Below are positions 36,738-49,835 of a stretch of DNA of 64,000 nt, piece after piece. Below the pieces are notes generated by a model, which was not told the DNA's origin, ran no database searches, and saw only the letters and a list, made by a program, of their open reading frames with translations. Position 1 is the stretch's first letter. Every line of letters begins with the position of its first letter. Made by a program: the position numbers and the translations under genes. Origin of the DNA: Laetmonice hystrix (Eukaryota). The stretch is taken from positions 22,258,001 to 22,322,000 of the forward strand of contig OZ249438.1 of the NCBI GenBank assembly GCA_965235115.1, read 5' to 3'.

Positions 36738-37260
36738 CCTAACGACGACAGCCAGTTTAACGACGACATATAGTCTGCAATGTCTTAACGACGACCCCCT
36801 CCATGGTATCCTAACGACGGCAGTGACTCTCTGAGATCCTAACGACGAGAGTGAGTTTAACGACGACCCATAGTCTGCAATGTCTTAACGACGATCCACT
36901 CTATGGTATCCTAACGACGACAGTGACTCTCTGAGATCCTAACGACGACAGTGACTCTCTGAGATCCTAACGACGACAGTGACTCTCTGAGATCCTAACG
37001 ACGACAGCGACTCTCTGAGATCCTAACGACGACGGGGACTCTCTGAGATCCTAACGACGAGAGTGAGTTTAACGACGACCCATAGTCTGCAATGTCTTAA
37101 CGACGACCCACTCTCTGAGATCCTAACGACGACAGCGAGTTTAACGACGACCCATAGTCTGCGATGTCTTAACGACGACCCACTCTCTGAGATCCTAACG
37201 ACGACCCACAGCCCGGGGTATTATAACGACACCCCACAATCTGAGGGTAATAACGACAAC
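36738..37260. repeat. Composite / higher-order minisatellite built on a TAACGAC(GAC) core
   Basis: About 21 TAACGAC cores spaced by recurring 18-, 26- and 28-bp monomers. Confidence 0.92.
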
Positions 37261-39960
37261 CTGGTGTGTGTTACGTTAGGTTACGTGAACTGGTTCGTCG
37301 GGGTCTGGCCAGCCGCCGCTGTCCAAATATGGCGCGGGGTCGTTGGGGGGGGGGGTGCATGGGGTTGGGGGCGACCAGGCCGGCCTGGCGTGGCATCCTT
37401 TAGCTGGTAGGGGGTCATCTCACAGTCCACGTAGCCACGGCCAGCATGTCATCGCTCCTCTCCCCCTTTTTTTCTTTTTTTTTCACCGCCCTTCCGAAAC
37501 CTTCTCTCGTTAGTTCCTGGGGACCCTCTGTGATGTGGAGTAATTTATTACATGGGAGGGTGGCGGTTGGCTCGAGCGTTCTTGCACTGCTGGAAAAGTA
37601 TGTAGCTTGGCTCTTGGTAGAAACCCCTCCTCCAATACCCCCACCTCAGTCTACTGCTGGTCAGCATCTTCAACTGGTTCTCAAGGAACAAATGCGAGTC
37701 GGTTTGGGCGGCGCTGGCCCTACAACAAGCACCCAACCTGATGTTATGCAACTGGCATGACCTGACGGCCCCCGGTGCCAGGCTTGTAGTCAGACTGTGT
37801 GTTTTCTATCAGCACCTCTCCCCGCCAGCTGAGAGCCCACGCCCCGCTGTAGGCGGCCGTGCTGCGGACTGGCCAGTTTTTTTCTTCCTCACCCCCTATC
37901 CAGCTGTACCCTCAGATGCCTGGGGGGCAGGTCCTTCGCCCCTGGTAGGTGCCCACTGGGGCAGGCCTTGCCAATTTGGTCCTGGAGAACCTTGCATCAC
38001 TGGCTCTCCTGCTGAAACCCGCCCCCTGGGGCAGCAGTGGGGGTGGGGGGATACAGGCGTGAACCACACCTGAACCTCTCACAGCCACCAACTAACATAT
38101 TGCCAATATTAAATCAGTGCTCACTACCGGCAGGAAACCCCCACCCTTCATACCCAATCCATATCGACCACTTATCTATGACCCTTCCTCAGATTTCCTC
38201 GTTTTGACATGTGCTTTTTTTAGGGACAGGTTCCTCCCCCAGCCCCCCCCCCCCCCAAGCATGTATGCCTGCTGGTACTTTCTGTGCCTAGAAAATTGAA
38301 CCTGTGTATAGACCATCAAAGTGGATGGGGCACCTCCGTAAACGATTGGGCATCTTGGTGCACTTGTACTTTTTAAGTGCGAACTCTCACAAGTTTTGAT
38401 GCTTACTTAAGAATGCTTTGATGTTTACCAAGAATACTTGTTTCTAATGACTTGCCCACTCTGCACTGAGAAATCACCATCTACAATGTCGAACTGCCCT
38501 TTGCTCTTTTAGTCGCCACGACCTATGTTGGTCATGGTCATATGTTGGGAGTTAGGTCCAGGGTCGACAACATCGAGAGATCGCCAAGCTGAGATTTATC
38601 TGTCCACCGTACATCACCATCGTACTCACATCACCCAGCGCATTACTCGAGGAAAGAATTCCTAAATAACTGACAACAGTTGAGACCCTGATTGGAGCGG
38701 TCTTAAGGTGGTGGTGGTCGGATCGGCTGGGAAGCCTTGGATCAGGTACAAAAAGTACAAATTCCTTGGGACGTGCAATTGTCTGCAAACAGTGACGGTC
38801 TTCAATAATAATAAGAACGTCACAAGGTCCGTGTTTTAATGCAGTTAACGTATTTTCTCCTCCTCAGTTTCTATATTTAAACGGTGCGTTTGATGTGATC
38901 TCAATAATCCTGATTATCATGGTTTCTCTCCACAGGTCACTTGTCCCTTTATTCCTCATCCCCTGCCCCCTCCACAACTCCACTCACTGCCTTTTAAAGC
39001 CGACCCAACGATATAAGTAAAAAAAGGCCTCAGCTGTGTTATACGTACATGGTTTAGTGGTATCCCCTTACAGAAGGTGAAGGGGTCAACTTGTGACTAG
39101 AACACCGACACTCCCCATTCTCCGAACCTGACTCAACCAACCTTCACAGGGCTAGTTTGGCAAGGTCCTTGGTCATAGTCCATTGCAGAAGCAGAATGAC
39201 CCTTGTCTTCTCTCCCCACAACCTGTCGGACTCGAGGTGAAGGGAGGGGGATTACCTGTACGGTTCGGGATCGACGGCCGCTTCAGATGCGGTTTGGTAG
39301 TTTTGACAGTTTTGCCCGTTTTCAACCCGTTTTGCCAGCCGGACGTTAGTGGACAGTAGGGGGTGGGGCAGGTTTGGCTGTAAGTAGGTCAGGTCGGGCG
39401 GGCTTCCTGCTCGGAGCGATGGGGATCAGGGGCCGCCTGGCGATCCAGAGGTGGCGGGCGGTGGGGGGGGGGGGGGGGTGGAAATGGTCCGCCGGGCGTT
39501 GGGACGGGGAGGGGGCCGGTAGGCTGGTTTGGATTTGGTTGGCTATGCAGGCTGGCGGGGCAGAAAGCTCACCCCAGTGAGGGCAAATGGCACAGGGGTT
39601 CTCCTGTGTGTTCCTGCTGCTATCAACGGTGTCTAGGCATGCTGCCAGCTTTCTGTAACCTCACACGGTGGAGCGCTGCTGCTACCACGCAGGGAAAGAA
39701 GGGGGAGAGAGGGGCAAAAAAAACTACTCTCGGGGCTGGACGTGATGGCATTTGTCCGAGGAGGACTGGGTTGGGCCAGACTTGGTTAGCCAGGGCAGGC
39801 AGACCGACGGCTGAACCCGGTGGGTGGGGTGGGTCCCATCCGTCCAACATGACGGCCAGGGGGGGGGGGCAACCTTCATCCTTTTTTTCAGAAAGCCGAG
39901 GGCAACTTTTTCCCAGTTGTTATTTTCGACATTTAGTTTTAGCCTGAACAGAAAACACGT

Positions 39961-40190
39961 AGGTATATACCCGGGTTGTGGTACCCCTGTGAACAAGTTT
40001 GTCGTAATACCGGGTTGTGGTAGCACTGTGACCAGGTATGTAGTATACCCGGGTTGTGGTACCACTGTGGCCAGGTATGTAGCATACCCGGGTTGTGGTA
40101 CCACTGTGACCAGGTATGTAGTATACCCGGGTTGTGGTACCACTGTGACCAGGTATGTAGTATACCCGGGTTGTGGTACCACTGAAACCA
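39961..40190. repeat. Minisatellite, 39-bp unit, about 6 copies
   Basis: Unit GTATACCCGGGTTGTGGTACCACTGTGACCAGGTATGTA; outer copies diverged. Confidence 0.95.
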
Positions 40191-43100
40191 GTTGTGAGAC
40201 CAATGTCCCAAGTGTCCCTGCCATCCCCGGGTGTTAGTCACTGGGTGAGTGGACACACCCTCTCAGGTCGATCTGTCCACCTGTATATACTTGTATATGT
40301 ACAGGCGAGTATTACCCCCACCCCCACCCCGTGCACCCACTAGCCACACTGACTCATTTCTCAGGAGATGATCACTATGACAGACAGTTCACAAAAAGTG
40401 CCCTCCGGGTGCTTGACTTGGCTGGCCACGCTGCCCACACTCGCTCTGGGCAACTCGCAAAGTTAAAAAAAAACTTGTTTGCCCCCAATCTGTCTCTCTC
40501 ACCACAACCAATCCGGCTTGGCTTTGGTAGACCACAACCACAGAATGTATACCTTAGGAGATTTTTTTTCTTTTGATGCATGGCAAAACCAGAAGGGAAA
40601 GCTGCAGAAAAAACTTTCCTTTCCTTAAACTTGGACCTATCCTTATACGCTGAACTTCTGACTTGACTGGCCTGTTTACTGCTGACCTGAACTGGGTCGC
40701 CATTTCAACATCTCTGCTTGCATTTGAAAAAAAACCCGCTGGAGTCGGTTTCTGGTGGGGTAGGGTAAGGTTGGCTGGGTTTTAGCCGACTCTTTCACCA
40801 ATCAGTGGAGGGCATCCCTTCTCTACTCGGGAGTAGACCCCCGTCTCTCCCTTCCTCCCCTCGACCGGCCACAAACCACAAGGTCCAGACCCTTTTCTTT
40901 GCTCCCTCTCTATCTCTGTGTCTGTTGTGGCTCCAGCCCCCCCCCCCCCCCCCGACAATGCCTGTATACCCGGTTTGACTGGCCACCAATGCGCACTGAA
41001 GCCACTGCGTATAATGTTGAACCATATGGTGTGCGTTTCCAAGCCACCACTAAATGGGACGGTTGTGTGTGTTTGCACCACCTTGGGCGGTCAGTCAGCA
41101 GTCAGACAGGACGAACTGGCAGGGTGTATAATAATACCATCCAGGTAGATTGAAACAGGCAATTCTCCCATTGGTCATGGCTCCATCTCTTTGAGTCTCT
41201 TTAAAGAAATGTTTACCTAAAGCTTTTTTGTCCCTTTCATTTCTGAATGCTACCTGCATATAAGTCGTCTGGTTATCAATGGTGGACACAGATGTCCAGA
41301 GTGGCCGCCATTAATGATCGCTTTAGCCAGTGGCCTGACATGAGATGGTTCCTACCCATATGTATGGGTTCATTGTCCCCACATTATGAAACACGGCGTC
41401 CCTTTGTGAACGGCCATTCTTCGCCCCATGTCATACGTTTGGTATGGTTATCACAGATTACTTCTATGCCAGGAATAAAACTCATCTCATTGCGTCCACT
41501 CTGCCAAACGCTAAGACCATGCTACTCATGACGATCAAGTATCTAAGTATCTAAGTATCGCAGTCTCTCCCTCTCAAACAAAGCGTGCCCAGGTATAGAG
41601 ATAGACATTGTAGGCTGTGGATCGCCAACCTGAGCTCTGCCCAGTCCTCTCATTGACTGGTGTTACCTCGCCTGACCAGGCACAGAACCCCAATGTTTTA
41701 TGAACTGGGCCACAGCAGTCTTTCCTTGCTCTCGGCCATATTTTCACTCACTGTGCCACATCAATGCAGTCACTTGTACATCCTATCATTTCGGAGAAAT
41801 TGGAGCCATCACGTCCTCGGCTCGATCCACTGATGGACGCTACACGGCTTCAAAAGTCAGGAAGTCTTGCACAATGCATTAATTTTGCAGCTTATCAGAA
41901 AAGATGACAGTGTAGGGGGCAGCCACTGTCCTTTGTTTATCCCCTGCTGGGTTGGCCAGTTGCTATTTTCCTACCTTTGAAGTGTTACAAAGTGAGCAGA
42001 TCTACTTCGGAAACAACACTTTTTTGTTTCTGCCAGGAGAAATTAATGATTGGAGTGTGTGAATATGGCCTAGAGTGACTTCAAACCGCGCACCAATACA
42101 CACATGTCCAGTGATTCAAAGAGGTGGGTGTCGGGTTGGCTGGGGTGTACATCTTGGCTTTGCATGCTCACATGTTATTATGGTAATAGTCTCCATTAGC
42201 AGCAATTATCAATTACCAGAATTAATGTCATTTACTTCAATTGCTTTCACTTTGAATGCTGATGCTAACTGTTCGGTCCCTCGGTGGTCAATGCAGGCGT
42301 ATAACGGTTCGAACTCTTGGCACCATAATAGACTGTCCATTAGAATTAGCACATGAGTTGTAATGTCGACTCCAACCCTCACCGCCACCCCATATTACAA
42401 CCCATAGCACCAGTCTGTAGATTACGTTCTGGCTGGGTGCATAGCGTCCATCGACCCTCGTTATAATGATGCCATGTACCGATAGCCGCCCATCACCTTC
42501 CAACAATTTCAGTCCATACACACATAATTTCATTGATTCAAACTCAATCCAAAGCTGCCGAATTTAAACGCTTATCAAAAGAAGTGAGAGAAATTTGGTG
42601 CGACTCTATTCAAAATGGTGATAATCGGGGGGAGAATTTTGGATAGGTTCATGTCATGTGTGATGGGCAGACGAATCTATCCCAAACTAGTTTTATATTA
42701 AACGCTCACTTTGGTAAATGACTTCATAATAGCAGCCAAGAACAGCAGCCAACTGGCGTGAGAAATGACGAATGAGTAACTCTACATTGAAATCAATTAA
42801 GAAAGTACCAAGCATTCATAATTGGATAACTCATTAATTAGTGGGAAAACCTATTACCAGATATATGAAGTGAAAAGTGTAAATTAACTGTCAAGGAGTG
42901 AAAGGTATTTGAAATTCTCTTTTTTACTTCGATTCAGATCTGCATTCCTGAACATACTTGCTGCCTAATGGGGCTCGGTTCATAACTCTCCATTTACAAT
43001 ACAGCACCCAATAACCGACATTAATATGGTCTTTTGAAGGCTCCTGGACATTTTATAAAGTCATCTATTTTGACTGCAGCCAGCCGGCTGATCTGAAATC

Positions 43101-46100
43101 TACTGCTGGAAATACTGCCGATGGCTTCCACCGTACCCTGGTAATTTGGCCATGATATATGTCATTTTTATAAAGGGAACATGGGAAAAATGTACGCAAT
43201 AAATTCCCGAGTTGATTTTCTAGTGTTCATTAATTCAAGAACGAAGATATTAGGTCCTTCGCCACAGAGGGGAAGGACACGAAGAACAAAAGAAGTCATT
43301 CCAACAAAACACATACCTTCCATATTTTGTCCCTATGTATGCATTTTTAAACCAGTTTCCTCGGAAACCCGATGTTCATATATATAACATAAACTATTCC
43401 TTAACTGCTCAGATGCAGCGCTTTAATCAAAAGGCATGAAAGATAGATATGACAAGGATGCTATCTTAGGCCGGCAAACTGGCTCTGGATTGAACTAGAA
43501 AGGGCAGTATAATTTGTGCGATTAGGGAATTTTGAATGTTTGCAGGGCTAACCTGATGCATACCACGGTCATCAAAGATTTCGCAGCATTATGGCAGCAG
43601 CAAAGCCCCTCTGGCTGTCACTAAAATCTGGATCAGCTTTCTAGTGGGTCAAGTCCCACGTCCAGGCACTTGAAAGAAACCGAGGTGAGGTGCATTCTGT
43701 CAGACCGATTGAAAACAATGATATTTATAGGTGCAGCAGACTGGAGTCTGGCCGCCGTGAGAATCCACCTTGTCTCATCAATTTGCTGACCACTGGAAAC
43801 GGTAGCGTGTTGCAAGCGTTCGTCGAGGGTCAGTTCTCCAGGTGATAATGTTCCCACTGTGAGCTCCTACAGCTGACGAGCTGCAGAGAACAGGCAGGCG
43901 CAGGGATATAGTGGTAACGATTTCTGACGACTTTGTCTGTAGTATGTGAAATATGAAACTCAAAACACCTTTATCGTTACAATAATTGCCGAGCTCCCAG
44001 CAAATTCTCAACCTTGCAAAAGAAACCAGAAAACGGTCTGAAACGTTAGGCACGATGCTTTCTTCATTCAGGTCATCTTTTGTCATTGCTTTGCGCGCGA
44101 GATACTAGGTCTAAAACCAACGATTTTTGCTAACGAAAATTACAGAACATTTTATCCCTGGCTGACTTACATCATGTTACTCCACTCCGAGAAAAAAAAC
44201 CAGGGAGCTTTGCCGGAAGCAACAGCAATTGCATGCCAATGAAGCTATCAAAAACCAATATTCGGTCCTTTACTTCATAAACCGCGCCGACTAATGCAGT
44301 ATAGTTAATCATAAGGACTTCGATATTTTCTGACTTCCCGTCTGTATTTCAGCTGGCTGAAATCTCAGCGTGGTGTGCCTCTCAGTCCGAGGCCAATCAA
44401 GGTCAGCTGAAATGACAAGGCCATTCATCGCGCACGGCTACCAGCCTCACTCAATCATGCATACATTAAAAATATGGAAGCCTGGTTTTAAAAGCTCGCC
44501 GTATTATTTTTCCAGTTGATTAGCAGCGCTGTGGACGGCGTGGCTCATGCTTGCCGCTTGCTTAATGGCGAGCACCTGTACTGGCCTCACCTAATTAGAA
44601 GCTAAAAGACAGTTCGCCTTATTAGAAGCGAACAGTATCCATTAAAATTCCCACTGCATTTCATCCCTCTACATATTTATGTTTGACATCACGGCCGCCC
44701 CGCGTGGGTTCTTTCATTTTTTATCCACTGGCTTTTAAAATCCTTACAGGGTCAGTACTGTAACGGGTTGGGTTCTGGATCACTTTTATATAGATGAGTT
44801 TGATGTCTGTGTGCTCCCTCCCCTCCCCCCAACCACCATCCCCACCATCAACCCTCTTGGAAATCCATCAAAGTGCAGTACATCCCAACACATGCCCCTA
44901 GTCCCAGGCCCTTTGCATATTTTTCAATTATCAATGGATTTGAAAATTAACATAGGTTGCCAATTTCCCACCTTTCATGTTGTTTTAGAATGAAGCAATT
45001 CTTACTAGCTTTCACCTTTTTGACCGACAATTATTACCACGCAATCCATCAAAATATCTTGCCTGAATATTGAGACCTTCCCAACAAAAAAATCAAAGGT
45101 CATTGAAATAACACACAGAGCTATCTTCTACTGCAGTCTGATTCTTCTCAACACCAGAGAATATCTTCCTCTCCCCATCCTCTGCCTGATTTACAAACCA
45201 GTCCTCACACTGCAGTTCTTCCACACAGGCCATTCGACATTTTTCACTGGGTTTAAAATTAAAAAGGGTCAGCTTGGTGTTGGTGCATATTAATTGTGGT
45301 AGAAGTTGCGCACAGCTATGATGGCCGTTCTCATTAGTTGGCTTGCCTGGATGAACCTACCACCTCGGTTAGCAGCCAAAACAACTTTTTATGGCCGGCC
45401 ACCATTCGCCAATCCTGCGTCCATCTCTCCTTGCCGAAGCCAATTCACAAGCCATTTGTTGCCACATACAATAGCCCTCCCTCTCTGCCTTTCTTTACAA
45501 CCATGCCTACTTTTCAATGTCTTTCAATATTTCACCGGCTAAAAAATCTACCCGCTGTCAATGTTCCCCTGATGCATATTTAAATCTGGCTCTAATCTGA
45601 CGCCTCCCTGGACAGGACAGTGTCATTAATTCTCAAACAGATTATCTTCCATCCACCACCTCATTTCAATGTCCCTTCAAATTTTTTTCATCAGGCTTTA
45701 ATTTATTCAAACTGGTCACTAGTCCGCGGAAGGATGCATATTTAAGCTCGCGTTTCCCATGGTGCTTTGCTGGCCAGAGCTGTCAACGCTAATTCCTCCC
45801 AGAGAGCGGTCTCTACTCTCCCATCATGCAACGGAAGAAAAAAGGTGACAATCCCTTTCAATACATCCTTTTAAAATTTATTCTGGTCAATAATTTACAC
45901 AAACACCTTGAAATGCATTTCAATTTTCCGACGCTGCCAGCCGATTACAAGCAGTTCTAATACCAATACTTCCTGCATTCTCTTCGTCTGCTTTGAGCAT
46001 CTTTTCATGTCTGTGATGAAGGCTTTTTAAAATTCATACCCATTAAAGTTTCATGGCTGCTGGTCGTGAAATCCCCTCTACCCATCCTCCCCATTATCAT

Positions 46101-47056
46101 TAATTCTTATTTCCTTGGGCATCCACTCTCCCTGTGAAGCTAATTCAACACTGTCCCCAATCCCTACTTTTTTCCTCCCTTCGTTTTAATTTAATTTTAA
46201 TTTATTTATGTCCGCCCACATTTCCCACATTAAGAGCAAGTTAAATCCCAAAGCTTTACGTCACATCTCCCTCTAGAGATACCTATACATAAGACATCTC
46301 AGGCGCAAAATCTCCTCAATTTCATTAAATATCTTTTCAAATTTAAGCCAGTCAGGCTTCAAATGAACATCTCGATTTTTTATGTCTTTTAAAATCCTGA
46401 TCATTAATTTGAGCCTGGTTTTGAAGGCTCAATTATTAGACAGGGCCTGGCTAGTCGGTCAGCGCCGCATGGCTTCGCCGCTGCTGCTGGCAGCTGCCCA
46501 CCATCCTTTGTCTCTACTTTTTTTTCACTAAAAAAAATGAAACTGTTGGTCAATATTTCATGCACAGATGTGTATTTGAGAAGCAGTGATGTGGAAAGTA
46601 GGGCAAAGGAGTACAAGTATTATGCCGCCGTCCTGTGTGTATTGTTTGTATGTGAATGTGTGTGCGGGGTGTGTGCGTCTGTGAGCTGCATACCATTCAC
46701 ATGTTTTGTTACCTAATGTTACGTCGGCCATGCTGTGCGTTGCGTGGCTACCGTTCTAAAGACCGCGGCCAGCGAGGACGGGGAGGGAGGGGGGAGGGCA
46801 GCATCCCTCTCTCCCTACTCTCCCCCTCCCCAGCCTCTTCCCTTCTGAAACACCCCTCCCCCCTCCATCCCAACCGACCGACCAACCAACGCCCACGCCA
46901 ATTACGCAACCTAATGCAATAAGTGCTAGGCTGGTGTATCGGGGCTGGGGGCTGAGGCTGACCTCCAGGCGAGCTACCATTCTCCCGGGCTTGCGCGTCA
47001 CATCTGGATAGCCACGCCTTGCATGGCGACCGCCTCGCCACTGGCCATTGTCAAAG

Positions 47057-47078
47057 TTAAAATTCAATTGAATTTTAA
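47057..47078. other. Perfect 22-bp palindrome
   Basis: TTAAAATTCAATTGAATTTTAA equals its own reverse complement. Confidence 0.95.
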
Positions 47079-49185
47079 TTCGGTTTGAAGCCATTCATTT
47101 GCTAGTATGTCTCATCGCGGACGACGCGTCCAAGTGCCGTCCCCCATCGTGTGCAAGGACACAGATGATTGGTCCAGAGATAAGCCATCATGGCTTCCAT
47201 TCGAGGCACTGGGCAGACACAGTGGTGTTGCAGTGTCATTAAAAAATATGGCACTGGCCGTTTGGTGGCGTCCTAGTGAGTGAACGAGTGAGTGGTGGTG
47301 GGTTGTTTTACTCTGACTGCCATCAAAGGACTGCTTGTCGTACCTGCCACAGATATCTGCCGGTCCTACGTCCAACTTCAAGACAAAGCTGGTGTCAACC
47401 ACACAACCTCATTGCTGGAGACAGAAAATGTTTAGTAACTTCTGTGAAGAGGGTGATGATGACAATCCGTATCAATGCCATGACGTTTGACAATATACCT
47501 GTCACCTTCAAGAAAACTACAACTCAGAAATACAAACATGAAGTATGGATGCTCGATGTAAAGGTGTCAGGGACACGTCCTTGGCAAACCCTTGCTTCTC
47601 CCAGGCTCCAAGACGCTATAGGAACCGGAGCCAAAGCAGCTTCCTTTGTTTTACTCCCTAGATCTTCAAATGAAATAACAAGGAAGAAAAATCAATAGCC
47701 GTATGCCCATTGTCTACCATTCAACATGAATAGAATTCAAACGTATATTGTAGAAGAGATAGTGAGCCGAGAAGGTTAGGTATTAGATGGAACCACAGTT
47801 TGAGAAAACCCACCCGAATCTGGCCATGTAACCGAACACCATGACTTCTGTCTGCACTTCGTCATAGCAATTATGCATGCTTCGCACATAAAAATTAATC
47901 ATCATGAAAAAACAACGCTATCACAAGTTTATGTGATTTTAACAAAGTAAAATTCAAGGATTTTATCAGCGTTTCAATTTCAGATAATGTTTTTTCAAGG
48001 AGGCCGTTTGGTTTGGTGGGTGTAGGGCATTACGTCTATTTTCACGTCCGCCTTGATGACGCCATTTTGTTCTATACATCATTAATACATTTATCATCTG
48101 TCATTTTTCTCTCCCAAATCCCCCATTTACCCATCCCAACTTATCCTAAAACATTTTCCTATTTGTAAAGTTGCAGATTTCCCTGCTTATCTCCATTTAT
48201 CTACTGACCTGACCACGTGCACCAACTTGATAACTCATCATGCACTTCAAGATAACTGACTAATACAGCTTTCAGAATTTTGAAACATTTCATTTTCATG
48301 CTATTTATACAAATGGACTCGACTCTAAATAGAATTCAATCTTGTTTTTTCTGGCTTGATAGCCATGTTTCCAATTATGGGCTCTGATATTGATAATAAC
48401 TTCAGTTCGATATTGTCCTGCTTGCCGAAGAAGCCGACGTGATACGCTAGGCCTGTTGTAATTTAGGCTGACCAACTGGTCTGGGTTAACTGGTTCATAT
48501 AGAGTGGTGACTTTTATACAGCGCAGTATTCTATGTAGTCAAAACATATCAAACGGACCACGTGGTTTAGGCAGGTCAGGATTTGGAAGGGGGGTGGGGG
48601 GTCGGGTCGGGTTGGGGTAGGGGTGGGGATAGGGGTGGGGTAGATTCCTTAAAATAATAATACGCTGACCCTGTGTGTGTTTGTGTGTGTGACGCGCGTT
48701 TACACCATCCCCGCTTTCCCAAACTCAATCATTCACAGATGGCGCTACAGTCGCTGACCTACTCGACAGGGACCAACTTTTCTCCCTACAGCCCACCCTA
48801 CCCCTCCACCTCCCCGGGGTGGAAACCAACGCCACTGGTACCATGACGACGGCCCAGCCCTGACCAGTTGGATCCCAAACGCGGCAGCTGTATTTTGGGG
48901 CAGCATACACTTGATCCTTGATCTGTACCACAGCCCCGGCCGGCCCAGCGCCGGCCTGCCGGCCCACTGCCAGCCGCTTGGATCCCTCACTGTGGACAGA
49001 TCCAGGCCAGGTGGGCCACTTTGACTGGGATGGGCAGGCTCTGGGGGAGGGGTTGGTGGAGTCGAATCCCTTACGTACATAACATTGCGTTCAGATCCTC
49101 AGATCCAAGATGGAATGGAAATGGTGGGACTGGGCTTATGACCTCAGATAATATTATTATCTCCACATTGAAAGGTTAGAACACG

Positions 49186-49835
49186 CTGGACACAGGTGTG
49201 GGGGTAAAGGCACCCTGGACACAGGTCTGTGTGGGCGGGTGGAGGTCCGGGCACCCTGGACACAGGTGTGTGTGGGCGGGTGGAGGTCAGGGCACCCTGG
49301 ACACATGTCGGTGTGGGTGGGTGGAGGTCAGGGCACCCTGGACACAGGTCTCTGTGGGCGGGTGGAGGTAAGGGCACCCTGGACACAGGTCTCTGTGGGC
49401 GGGTGGAGGTAAGGGCAACCTGGACACAGGTGTGTGTGTGTGGGTGGAGGTCAGGGCACCCTGGACACAGGTGTGTGTGTGTGGGTGGAGGTCAGGGCAC
49501 CCTGGACACAGGTGTGTGTGTGTGGGTGGAGGTCAGGGCACCCTGGACACAGGTCTCTGTGGGCGGGTGGAGGTAAGGGCACCCTGGACACAGGTCTCTG
49601 TGGGCGGGTGGAGGTAAGGGCAACCTGGACACAGGTCTCTGTGGGCGAGTGGAGGTAAGGGCACCCTGGACACAGGTCTCTGTGGGCGGGTGGAGGTAAG
49701 GGCACCCTGGACACAGGTCTGTGTGGGCGGGTGGAGGTCAGGGCACCCTGGACACAGGTCTCTGTGGGCGGGTGGAGGTAAGGGCACCCTGGACACAGGT
49801 CTCTGTGGGCGGGTGGAGGTCAGGGCACCTTGGAT
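49186..49835. repeat. G-rich minisatellite, about 41-bp unit, about 16 copies
   Basis: Unit GGACACAGGTCTCTGTGGGCGGGTGGAGGTAAGGGCACCCT; some units have (GT)n expansions. Confidence 0.96.

Noticed and set aside
36738-37260. CRISPR array (constant core with variable spacers)
   Set aside because: The core is only 7-10 bp, the linkers are themselves repeated, there are no cas genes and the context is eukaryotic. The same applies to the other 32-49 bp arrays, which lack unique spacers.
39724-40256. ORFs of 105-166 aa with 13-residue repeats on both strands
   Set aside because: A consequence of a 39-bp unit lacking stops in several frames; no splice or homology support
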